Source: Akkermansiaceae bacterium
Lineage (GTDB): Bacteria; Verrucomicrobiota; Verrucomicrobiia; Verrucomicrobiales; Akkermansiaceae
Assembly: GCA_903906515.1 (NCBI GenBank)
Contig: CAIVKO010000233.1
Location: 102 to 64,101 of the forward strand
DNA length: 64,000 nucleotides
Reading direction: 5' to 3'
Shown here: positions 10,001 through 18,420 of the stretch, one piece after another
Layout of the letters: each line of letters opens with the position of its first letter
How positions within the stretch are numbered: position 1 is the first letter of the stretch
Notes under the pieces: model-generated
Database searches by the model: none
The model's input: only the letters and a program-made list of their open reading frames with translations
What the model was told of the DNA's origin: nothing
Translations under genes and position numbers: made by a program

Positions 10001-10849
10001 GATCCATTCATTCTCACGGATCAAAAGACAAGCAACTATTATCTCTATGCCCAATGCGGGAATCGGTTGTTGAATGACAATTTGGGAACCGGTGTGGAAG
10101 TCTATCGTAGCAAGGATCTTGTCAACTGGGCAAAACCGGTGCAGGTTTTCGAGCGGCCTACCTCAAATTTCTGGGGCGGCCAGGAAGTGTGGGCGCCCGA
10201 AGTACACAGGATGGGTGACTCCTATTTCATGTTTGTGTCATTTCCCGGACGCCAAGGCGGACGGGGTACCCAGATTCTGAAAGCGCAACGTCCAGACGGG
10301 CCGTTCATGATTGCAGGTGAAAATGCGAACACACCTCCCGAGCAACGGGCTCTGGATGGCACGCCGTGGGTCGATGCCGATGGTAAGAACTGGCTGGTTT
10401 ATTGTCATGAGTGGTGCCAGGCCATCAACGGAGCTGTGCGCGCGGTGCGGATGAACAGCGACTGGACTGCAAGACAGGGTGAATCAATCCTGCTTTTCAA
10501 GGCGTCGGAGGCACCCTGGGTCCGAGCGTATAGTGAAAATAATTACGTCACTGACGGCCCGTTTCCATATCGGACGAAAGACGGGAAACTGCTCATGATC
10601 TGGTCCAGCTTCCGCAAAGGAGGCGACTATGCGGTGGGTGTGGCAAGGTCTGATAGCGGAAAAATCGAGGGGCCGTGGATTCAATCAGGTGAGCCTTTGT
10701 TTCCCGATAATGGAGGGCATGGTATGTTCTTCCGGGATTTGTCTGGAAACCTCCGTTTGGTGTTGCATCAGCCGAATCAGAGTCCTCAAGAACGCGTGAA
10801 ATTTATCAAAATGAAAGAAGTGGATGGGAGATTGGAGATGGAGAGGTAA
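7046..10849 (+). CDS. NPCBM/NEW2 + GH78 alpha-L-rhamnosidase-like + GH43 fusion
   Basis: N-terminal NPCBM (EHGLGLHAP...DGGDNKYGDHVNL), GH78 motif DCPDRERAQWWGD, and C-terminal GH43 five-bladed propeller motifs IRVRDPFIL, WAPEVH, LDGTPW and TDGPF. Confidence 0.85.
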   Translation: MKNVIKNLNLWVVFIALAGCLSRPVHAAGNEIRLEDLANLNLIESGGGAPRKDRATSDHPLQMGGRIYEHGLGLHAPAVAMFSLDGKTEKFHTLLGFSDFPGDRGSIEFILTGDGKVLYRSGVMKGGLFSNGAVTIAAEAPKVVDVSLVGVKKLKIEVTDGGDNKYGDHVNLVDAAFTWNGTQPRIIEVEEYVGHSFPTVGGDKAKSPVQALSNPWTGKWIGPEKAEANTWICYRKSFKVDRVPSTVPARIAVDSKYWLWINGKLVVREGGLKRGPTPNDGYYDEVELAPYIKRGDNTIAVLAWYFGKHGFSHKSSGKPGLVMEAKIEKDVLASDGTWKMLIHPAFGTAGEPKPNYRLSESSILFDASKDIGKWMDSSYDDASWTAPLESGTPPVAPWGDLVQRPIPQWKDYGLKAYTNAAALPTVSDGKVIKARLPYNAQVTPYFKIEATAGHKIDIRTDDINGGGEANVHAEYITRDGVQEYETPGWMNGHDVEYTIPADVKILSLQFRESGYNAEFAGSFRCEDPFYNSLWEKSKRTLYVTMRDNYMDCPDRERAQWWGDAVNELGEAFYVFDPPGYQLARKSILELAKWQRENKTIYSPVPSGNWAAELPPQMLASVGKYGFWLYYFNTGDVATMREVYPHVRDYLTVWKLDEDCLVIHRKGDWDWSDWGSNIDVKLLDSVWYHLALQGAIEMAKVCGAEADLPAWQARMKAVEKGINTKLWNGKEYRSPGYTGDTDDRGNGLAVVAGIAGPDKYSALRDVLDKHRNASPYMEKYVLEALFMMGEAQLGLDRMKQRYDGMVKRPISTLAENMDGSGTYNHAWSGGPLTMMSQYVSGVAPEKVAYERYHVLPQMGDLTTIESVVPTVKGNIQLSLKREAASLELKLVSPKDTKAVVGLPQEKGRNIVSVVLNGKTVWKNGKAGATVPGVVCMGKDERYCRFEVPPGTWIFSVLYDGVSSLPIPLTPAQLAEFPLKLSEIRVRDPFILTDQKTSNYYLYAQCGNRLLNDNLGTGVEVYRSKDLVNWAKPVQVFERPTSNFWGGQEVWAPEVHRMGDSYFMFVSFPGRQGGRGTQILKAQRPDGPFMIAGENANTPPEQRALDGTPWVDADGKNWLVYCHEWCQAINGAVRAVRMNSDWTARQGESILLFKASEAPWVRAYSENNYVTDGPFPYRTKDGKLLMIWSSFRKGGDYAVGVARSDSGKIEGPWIQSGEPLFPDNGGHGMFFRDLSGNLRLVLHQPNQSPQERVKFIKMKEVDGRLEMER

Positions 10850-10902
10850 TGCTTCTATCAAACTGATCATACATTTTGAATTAAAACCTAAAGACAAACA
10901 AA

Positions 10903-12840
10903 GTGAGAAATAGATATGCAATTCATTCCGCAAGAGCGATACTGAATCACATCGCCTTATTTGCCATTGTGGTTTCATATTCCGGTGCCGCCGATGCGGA
11001 AACACCAGTTACACCGCAAGTAGCCAAGGCTGCCGCAAGTCGGGGATTTGCGATTAACAACGGTGACCGGGTGGTATTCCTGGGAGATAGTATTACCGAG
11101 CAGCGACTTTATACGACTTATCTTGAAGCATACTGGCTTACCCGTTATCCCACGTATCGGTTGTCTTTTCGTAATGTCGGGTGGGGCGGCGATACGGCGT
11201 GGATGCGTCAGCGATTTCAAACGGATAAGGACGCGATGTATGCAGCTGCTCCCGAGGTGCAGCAGGCGATGATCGAGAAGGCGGTTGCGGCCGGGCTTGG
11301 GCGCGATGTGCTTCCTCTGAAACCAACGGTTGTGACGATTGATTTCGGGATGAACGATCATGAATATCAAGCATTCCGACCGGATATCTGCAGCACGTAT
11401 GTGCGTAGTCAGAATCAACTAACAAAAATTCTGAAGGCTAGCGGTGCACGTGTTGCGTTGATTACGCCGCAACCCATTGAAGATCGACGGCCGGATCCAG
11501 ATCAGGACTTGAGAAATCAGTCCCTGAGGCAATTTTCCGAGGCTCTCAAGGGTGTGGCAGCAACACAGAACGTCGCGTTCGTTGATCAGTTTAATCCCTA
11601 CATGGCTACCATGATGAAGGTCCGCGCTGCCAATCCCAATGCATTTGTCGGTGGCGGAGACGCTCTGCACCCCGGGCCGGCAGGGCAACTGATCATGGCA
11701 TGGTCCATCCTCAAGGGACTTGGTGTGCCGTCTGTGGTGTCGCGGGTTGAATTGGATATGGCACGTTCACTCGGCAAACAGGTGGTGGTGGCGGAAAATT
11801 CCCAGGTATCAAATGTCACGCTGGACAAGGGTGTAATCAGTTTTGATCGACTTGATAGTGCGCTGCCCATGCCGGTTGATGATCGTGCCGAACAGGCGCT
11901 CCAGCTCATCCCATTTCTCGAAGATCTTAACTGTTATACATTGAAGGTCGCAGGTCTGAAATCGGACTACTACGATGTGCGGATTGATGGCGAGAGCGTC
12001 GGCGGCGTAACGAGCGAGGAGTTGGCCAAGGGCTGGAACATGGTCATGGTGCCAAGCCCTGTGACGCGACAATCGCAGGAAATTCTCAAGGGTGTATTCA
12101 AGAAAAACGACCTTTACTTCGAGCGCTGGCGCAAATGCCAGTTAAACGTTCGGCTAACCGGGGACGGTACCGCCATGTTTGACAGTCAGGGCAACAGTCA
12201 GTTGAATCCTAATTTGGGCCCAATCCCCGACCTGGATAAGCAAATCGCTGAATGGGAGGCGAAGATCGACGCTGCGCGCCAGCCGAAGACGCACCGCATA
12301 GTGCTGGTGCCGACGAAACGGGAGATAGTGCCTCAAGTCCCCCTGTCGGCGTTGATAGGCAAGGACGTCCCCTCCGGTGCTGTGTGGCTGGATGCTCAGG
12401 ACTTGAGTCATGTGAAGCTCGGCTATGGCACCGTAGGTTCGGGTAAGGCGATCGGTGGCAAGAATCCCATTTCCATCGGTAAACAAATTTTTGAACACGG
12501 GATAGGAACGCATGCGGCCAGTATGACGGAGGTGGACCTTGCGGGGACGGCGACCCGATTCGTTGCGGCGGTCGGGGTGGATGATATGGCTGGGCCAGCC
12601 GGCGTCGGTTCCGTGATTTTCCAAGTCTGGGTGGATGATGTGAAGAAGGCCAGTTCCGGGCTGATACAATGCGGAGATGCACCCAAGGTGCTCTCCGTCG
12701 ATCTGAGAGGTGCTAAGCGCATGAAACTTGAGGTCACCGACGGCGGTGACGGCGCGTCCTGTGATCTTGCCGACTGGGGCGGCGCTGCTGTGTTTGCCTC
12801 AGGTAATGCAGTGAAGGTTGTGCCGGTGGTCGGTCCTTAA
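10903..12840 (+). CDS. SGNH/GDSL hydrolase (probable esterase) with C-terminal NPCBM domain
   Basis: GTG start and signal peptide. SGNH blocks VFLGDSIT, NVGWGGDT, FGMND and DALHPGPAG. NPCBM motif HGIGTHAAS...DGASCDLADW. Confidence 0.85.
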   Translation: MRNRYAIHSARAILNHIALFAIVVSYSGAADAETPVTPQVAKAAASRGFAINNGDRVVFLGDSITEQRLYTTYLEAYWLTRYPTYRLSFRNVGWGGDTAWMRQRFQTDKDAMYAAAPEVQQAMIEKAVAAGLGRDVLPLKPTVVTIDFGMNDHEYQAFRPDICSTYVRSQNQLTKILKASGARVALITPQPIEDRRPDPDQDLRNQSLRQFSEALKGVAATQNVAFVDQFNPYMATMMKVRAANPNAFVGGGDALHPGPAGQLIMAWSILKGLGVPSVVSRVELDMARSLGKQVVVAENSQVSNVTLDKGVISFDRLDSALPMPVDDRAEQALQLIPFLEDLNCYTLKVAGLKSDYYDVRIDGESVGGVTSEELAKGWNMVMVPSPVTRQSQEILKGVFKKNDLYFERWRKCQLNVRLTGDGTAMFDSQGNSQLNPNLGPIPDLDKQIAEWEAKIDAARQPKTHRIVLVPTKREIVPQVPLSALIGKDVPSGAVWLDAQDLSHVKLGYGTVGSGKAIGGKNPISIGKQIFEHGIGTHAASMTEVDLAGTATRFVAAVGVDDMAGPAGVGSVIFQVWVDDVKKASSGLIQCGDAPKVLSVDLRGAKRMKLEVTDGGDGASCDLADWGGAAVFASGNAVKVVPVVGP

Positions 12841-12902
12841 TATGAATGTGATTCTGGTTGATAGATGAATTAATGATTGATGAAAAAAATGTTAAAAAAA
12901 CA

Positions 12903-14504
12903 ATGAACCCGATTTCGATACTGATTTTCCTAGGTTTTACAACTCTATCGGCGTCTGCCGATGTGACTCTGAGCGGACTGTTCACAGACCACATGGTTCT
13001 CCAGAGGGAGATGCCGGTTGCGGTGTATGGAAAGGCTGATCCGGGTGATGTGGTCACAGTCGCCTTCGCCGGTCAGGAGAAAGCCGCGACGACTGATAAG
13101 GCTGGTTATTGGAGCGTCAGGCTGGATGCGTTGAAGACATCGAAGATCGCCGCCACACTGACGGTATCTGGCAAGAACAAGGTGACGCTCAATGATGTGC
13201 TCGTCGGCGACGTATGGGTCTGCAGTGGTCAGTCAAATATGGAATGGTCCTTGCGTGACTGCAATAGGCCGGACGATATCAAGGATGCTGATTTCCCGTT
13301 GCTGCGGCAGTTCTTTGTGCCCTGTGGCTTGGGAAACACCCCGCGGGCAGAAGGAACGTATAATGGGAACGCCTGGACGACTTGTTCGCCCCAGTCCGTA
13401 GGAAATTTTACAGCGGTAGGATTTTACTTCGCCCGGAAGATTTCCTCTGAAACCGGTGTTCCTATCGGTTTAATCAAGAGCGCCTGGGGTGGCACACGCA
13501 TTCAACCATGGATCCCATACTCCAGTATGTCTTCGGTCCCGCAATTAGCCAATGAAAAGCAATACTTGGATAGCCAAGTTAAGGCGTATGTAGAGGCACT
13601 TGCGGCCGCCGAACCCCGGATGAGTGCATATATCGCCGAGACAAAAAAGGCTTTATCCAGCAATGGCGAGCTACCGGTCCCGCCTGAACTGAAGTCCTAT
13701 CCCATTGGAGATGCAGGGGCATGGGGAAGCATTTACAACGGCATGATTCATTCTTTGGTCAGGTTCCCTATCAAGGGCGTCATCTGGTATCAGGGGGAGG
13801 CTAATGGGGACGAAGGGGATTCCTATTATCATGAAATGCGTGCTCTGGTCGGGGGGTGGCGGAATGCCTGGAACCAGCCGCCTACGCCTGGCTCCGGAGC
13901 GCCATCGGGTGAATTTCCCTTCTACTACGTCCAGTTGGCAAGCTTTCAGAATCCTAACAATAATCCGCAAGGTGGCGATGGTTGGGCTCGTGTCCGCATG
14001 GCCCAGAACAAGGCGCTTTCAATACCGAATACCGGCATGGCGGTCGCCATTGATCTTGCCGACGTCGGTAATCCCGGTGACATCCATCCGAAGAACAAAC
14101 GGGACGTCGGCGAACGATTGGCGCTTTGGGCGCTCGCTAAAAATTACGGCAAGAAGGATCTCGTCTACAGCGGCCCTTTATATAAGGAGATCAAGGTTGA
14201 AGGAACCAAGATCCGTGTCTTTTTCGACAATGTCGGTTCCGGCCTGACCGTGGCGACCAAAAAAGGCTATGATCCCGTGGTCAAGGAGCCGCAGGGCAAG
14301 CTGCAGAAATTCGCGATTGCCGGCGAGGATAAGAAATGGGTCTGGGCCGACGCCGTAATCGAGGGTAAGGTGATCGTGGTTTCCAGCCCCGAAGTGCCCA
14401 ATCCCGTCGCGGTGCGATATGCGTTCTCAATGAATCCTGACGGCTGTAACCTTTACAACAATGAGGGACTGCCCGCAGCTCCATTTCGGACAGATGACTG
14501 GTGA
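12903..14504 (+). CDS. Sialate O-acetylesterase-like (SASA/DUF303) acetylesterase 1
   Basis: LFTDHMVLQRE, GDVWVCSGQSNME, WYQGEAN, DIHPKNK, VAVRYAF and PFRTD. The ATG at 12903 gives a clean signal peptide. Confidence 0.88.
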   Translation: MNPISILIFLGFTTLSASADVTLSGLFTDHMVLQREMPVAVYGKADPGDVVTVAFAGQEKAATTDKAGYWSVRLDALKTSKIAATLTVSGKNKVTLNDVLVGDVWVCSGQSNMEWSLRDCNRPDDIKDADFPLLRQFFVPCGLGNTPRAEGTYNGNAWTTCSPQSVGNFTAVGFYFARKISSETGVPIGLIKSAWGGTRIQPWIPYSSMSSVPQLANEKQYLDSQVKAYVEALAAAEPRMSAYIAETKKALSSNGELPVPPELKSYPIGDAGAWGSIYNGMIHSLVRFPIKGVIWYQGEANGDEGDSYYHEMRALVGGWRNAWNQPPTPGSGAPSGEFPFYYVQLASFQNPNNNPQGGDGWARVRMAQNKALSIPNTGMAVAIDLADVGNPGDIHPKNKRDVGERLALWALAKNYGKKDLVYSGPLYKEIKVEGTKIRVFFDNVGSGLTVATKKGYDPVVKEPQGKLQKFAIAGEDKKWVWADAVIEGKVIVVSSPEVPNPVAVRYAFSMNPDGCNLYNNEGLPAAPFRTDDW

Positions 14505-14519
14505 TAAAAACAACAAGTT

Positions 14520-16886
14520 ATGATTAAAAAAATACCTATTACGTTTTTGATGATTGCTGTGACTGCCCTGGCGGGGAGTGGCTTTTCAGCTTTTGGTGAG
14601 GAAACCCGATGTGAGGATCTGCCCAATCTCAATCTGATCAAGTCTGGTAATAACCAGGCGGTCAAGGACAAGTCTGTATCCGGGCAGCCGCTGCAAATGG
14701 GCGGGAAAAATTTTGAGCATGGACTGGGTGTTCATGCGCCGAGTAGTGCCGTATTCAAGCTTGATGGTAAAACGGAGAAGTTCCATGCCGTTGTGGGGGT
14801 GAGCGATCTCAAAGGTGAACCCGGTTCGGTTAAATTCTTCGTGACTGGCGACGGTAAGGTTTTATTCAGCAGCGGTCTGATGAAGGGCGGTGTGAATAAA
14901 GCCGGAGACGAACCCAAGGTGATTGATCTGGATCTAACCGGTGTCAAGGTGCTCAGACTTGATGTGACCGATGGGGGAGATAACAACTGGAGCGATCATG
15001 CCAACTGGGCGGATGCGGTGTTTACATGGAAAGACACGGCTCCGGTTTTGACGGAAGTGAAGCAACCGGAGTTGTCTGATCCACGCTGGCCAAGTCTTGT
15101 CACGGGACCAGTCGTCGCGGCCGATGACGCCTATCCGCCGGTTGAGAAATTGGTAAAATCGCAGGGCGGAACAACCTACTATGTGGATCCGGTAAATGGT
15201 AACGATGGGAATATCGGGACCAATGCGAAGAAACCGTGGCGCAGCTTAAAGATGGTGAATCGTCTGCTTCTGACGGCAGGGGACCGGATTGAATTGAAGC
15301 CAGGATGTTACAGTGAAACCCTGAAGCCTTCGGGAGAAGGTACGGTAAAACGTCCGATCATCATTCAGTTTGCACCGGGTGAATACGATTTCTTTCCGCA
15401 GAATGCGCTCAAGCTCAAGTTGTTTATCTCCAATACGAACGACGACCCGAATACGCCCAAGGCCATCGCATTGGCCTTCCAAGGGGTGCGTCACGTGCAG
15501 GTGTTAGGTGGCGCGAAGGGTGCGCGAAGCGACATTTATATGCGCGGGAAAATGATTCAGACGTTTTTTGATCATGTCGAGGATGTCCGCCTGCAGGGGC
15601 TTGCGTTTGACTACCGGCGGCCGACTACATCGGAGTACACCGTGCTGGATGTCGCCGCCGATCATGCGGACCTGGCCATCAACCCGGATTCGAAATACGT
15701 TGTCGAAAATGATCTCATGATTTGGTTAGGTGAAGGCTGGAGGCACAATGCCTTCCGGCAGGGTGCCCAGCAGCAGGGTGATCCTGCGGAAGGCACGTTA
15801 GTGCGGTCCGGGATCAATTTCAGCAAGGTGACTAAACTTGAAGAACTGGCACCCGATAAGATCCGTGCCTGGTTTTCGGAAAATCCGGGATTCACCAAGG
15901 GCCGGGTTTGGCAGGAACGTGACCCGGTCCGCGATTGTACCGGATCGTTTGCGCGTAACAGCAAGGATATCACTTGGGAAAACTGCGCGTATCATTACAT
16001 GCACGGCATGGGACTGGTGAACCAGTTTTGTGAAAATCTAACGCTTAAGAAGGTTGATCTGGCGCCGCGTCCTGGCTCTGGCCGGACCTGTGCCTGCTGG
16101 GCGGATGCTATCCAGGTGTCGGGCTGTCGAGGCAAGTTCATTGCGGAGGATTGTACATTCTCGGGCACGCAGGATGATCCGATCAATGTTCATGGCACCC
16201 ACTTGCGTATTATGGAGCGGCCGGCTCCCGACCAGTTGCTGGTGCGGTTCTGCCACGGGCAGACCTACGGGTTTGAGGCCTTTTTTGCCGGCGACGATAT
16301 TGACTTTGTCCACTCGGATTCCCTACGTGTCTTCGGCTCCGGCAAGGTGAAGAAGGCGGAAATGAAGGGTGATTGGACGATGCTGCTGACGCTGGAGCAG
16401 CCTGCGCCGGAGGTCATTCTGGGTAAGGATGTCCTCGAAAATGTCACTTGGACGCCGGAAGTTTATGTGCGAAACTGTAAAGTCACTATGTGTTCCACGC
16501 GCGCATTCCTGCTCACCACCCGGCGGAAGGTGGTCATTGAGAATAACCTGTTTAACAAGACCGCGATGCCGGCTATCCTGGTATCCAATGATGCGCGAAG
16601 CTGGTTTGAATCCGGGCCGGTACGCGATATGACGATTCGCGGCAATCACTTTATCAAGTGCGGTATCGCCATCTCGCCGGAGAATAGTACAGCTAAGCCG
16701 GATGAGCCAGTGCATGAAAACATCCGCATCGAGGGCAATGTCTTCGATAATGCCGACATTTGGGCGAAAAGCGTAAAGGGACTGGTGATTACTGGAAATA
16801 AGGCTGTGTCTGGAAACGTCAATGTGCGCACGGAAGCCTGCACCGACGTGATCAATGAAAACAATTCAAGTAATGTTGGGCAGTGA
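14520..16886 (+). CDS. NPCBM + GH110 alpha-galactosidase (right-handed beta-helix)
   Basis: N-terminal NPCBM. Motifs FDYRRPTTSE, HYMHGMGLVNQF, WADAIQVSGCRG, QDDPINVHGT and WFESGPVRD. Confidence 0.85.
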   Translation: MIKKIPITFLMIAVTALAGSGFSAFGEETRCEDLPNLNLIKSGNNQAVKDKSVSGQPLQMGGKNFEHGLGVHAPSSAVFKLDGKTEKFHAVVGVSDLKGEPGSVKFFVTGDGKVLFSSGLMKGGVNKAGDEPKVIDLDLTGVKVLRLDVTDGGDNNWSDHANWADAVFTWKDTAPVLTEVKQPELSDPRWPSLVTGPVVAADDAYPPVEKLVKSQGGTTYYVDPVNGNDGNIGTNAKKPWRSLKMVNRLLLTAGDRIELKPGCYSETLKPSGEGTVKRPIIIQFAPGEYDFFPQNALKLKLFISNTNDDPNTPKAIALAFQGVRHVQVLGGAKGARSDIYMRGKMIQTFFDHVEDVRLQGLAFDYRRPTTSEYTVLDVAADHADLAINPDSKYVVENDLMIWLGEGWRHNAFRQGAQQQGDPAEGTLVRSGINFSKVTKLEELAPDKIRAWFSENPGFTKGRVWQERDPVRDCTGSFARNSKDITWENCAYHYMHGMGLVNQFCENLTLKKVDLAPRPGSGRTCACWADAIQVSGCRGKFIAEDCTFSGTQDDPINVHGTHLRIMERPAPDQLLVRFCHGQTYGFEAFFAGDDIDFVHSDSLRVFGSGKVKKAEMKGDWTMLLTLEQPAPEVILGKDVLENVTWTPEVYVRNCKVTMCSTRAFLLTTRRKVVIENNLFNKTAMPAILVSNDARSWFESGPVRDMTIRGNHFIKCGIAISPENSTAKPDEPVHENIRIEGNVFDNADIWAKSVKGLVITGNKAVSGNVNVRTEACTDVINENNSSNVGQ

Positions 16887-16940
16887 AATGAAACAAAAGA
16901 AATGGAGTATATAATGAAACAAATAAAAATGGAGTATAGC

Positions 16941-18389
16941 ATGACTCATAAACTGTTATCGGGATTGGCCATTTTGTGTTTTGCAACAACGGCGTCTGCC
17001 GATGTGACGGTGAACGGTTTGTTCGCGGATCACATGGTTCTCCAGCGGGAGATGCCGGTGGCGGTCTACGGCAAGGCTGACCCGGGGGAGAAAGTCAGCG
17101 TCGCCTTCGCCGGCCAGGAGAAATCCGTGATCACTGACAAGGTCGGTTGCTGGAGCGTCAAGCTGGATGCGTTGAAGACGTCAACAAACTCCGCCACCCT
17201 GACGGTATCCGGAAAGAACAAGGTGACGATCAATGATGTGGTCGTTGGTGACGTCTGGGTTTGCAGCGGCCAGTCCAACATGGAATTTCTACTGGGTCAT
17301 TGCGGCAGGCCAGACGACGTCAAGGATGCGAATTTTCCGCTGCTGCGCCAATTCGATGTGCCTAGCAATTATGCCGGTAGAATTCAGACTGATGTTAAGG
17401 GTAACTGGGTGAATTGCACTCTCCAGACGGCTGGAAATTTTACAGCTGTCGGTTATTATTTCGCCCGCAAAATACACAGCGAAACCGGTATTCCCATCGG
17501 TCTGATCAGGAGCGTAGCGAGTGGGAGGTCGATTGAGCCATTCTGCTCCGCCGATGGGTTGGCTTCCATTTCCGAACTCGCGGGAAACAAGGCCAAACTC
17601 GATGTATCCGGGGAGCCCGAAATCGGTCCTTGCTCCTGGCATTGTATGTATAATGGCATGATTCACCCCCTGGTTAACTTCCGGATCAAAGGGGCGCTCT
17701 TCTATCAGGGCGAAACCAACGGCAGTGAAGAAGACGGATATTATCACAAAATGCGCGCGCTGATCGGGGGGTGGCGGAAAGCATGGAACCAGGGCGACTT
17801 CCCGTTCTACTTCGTCCAGCTTCCCAATTATAGCAATCCGGACAACAAACCGGAAGGTGGTGATGGTTGGGCCAAAACCCGCATGGGCCAGTTTAAGGCG
17901 CTTTCAATCCCCAACACTGGCATGGCCGTAGCCATCGAATTGGCCAACGTCGGCAACCCTGGCGATGTTCATCCGCAGAACAAGCGGGACGTCGGTGAAC
18001 GGTTGGCGCTCTGGGCGCTCGCCAAAAATTACGGCAAGAAAGATCTCGTGTACAGCGGCCCGTTGTATAAGGGAATCAAGGTTGAAGGAAGCAAGATCCG
18101 TGTCGTTTTCGATAGCGTCGGTTCCGGCCTGACCGTGGCGACCAAAAAAGGCTATGATCCCGTGGTCAAGGAGCCGCAGGGCAAGCTGCAGAAGTTCGCG
18201 ATTGCCGGCGAGGACAAGAAATGGGTGTGGGCCGATGCCGTGATTGAGGGTAAGACGGTCGTGGTTTCCAGTCCGGCAGTGCCCAAGCCGGTTGCGGTGC
18301 GATATGCGTATTCGATCAACCCTGACGGTTGTAATCTCTATAACAACGAGGGGCTGCCGGCCTCTCCTTTCCGCACAGATGCGTGGTAG
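16941..18389 (+). CDS. SASA/DUF303 acetylesterase 2
   Basis: GDVWVCSGQSNME, FYQGETN and DVHPQNK. Close paralog of the gene at 12903. Alternative in-frame starts at 16902 and 16914. Confidence 0.88.
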   Translation: MTHKLLSGLAILCFATTASADVTVNGLFADHMVLQREMPVAVYGKADPGEKVSVAFAGQEKSVITDKVGCWSVKLDALKTSTNSATLTVSGKNKVTINDVVVGDVWVCSGQSNMEFLLGHCGRPDDVKDANFPLLRQFDVPSNYAGRIQTDVKGNWVNCTLQTAGNFTAVGYYFARKIHSETGIPIGLIRSVASGRSIEPFCSADGLASISELAGNKAKLDVSGEPEIGPCSWHCMYNGMIHPLVNFRIKGALFYQGETNGSEEDGYYHKMRALIGGWRKAWNQGDFPFYFVQLPNYSNPDNKPEGGDGWAKTRMGQFKALSIPNTGMAVAIELANVGNPGDVHPQNKRDVGERLALWALAKNYGKKDLVYSGPLYKGIKVEGSKIRVVFDSVGSGLTVATKKGYDPVVKEPQGKLQKFAIAGEDKKWVWADAVIEGKTVVVSSPAVPKPVAVRYAYSINPDGCNLYNNEGLPASPFRTDAW

Positions 18390-18420
18390 TGGGTGTTGGT
18401 GTTTCTCACAGGTGTCAAAT

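Noticed and set aside
18244-18420. N-terminal extension of the GH78 ORF to 18244
   Set aside because: It overlaps SASA2 by about 145 bp. ATG 18421 gives a normal signal peptide.
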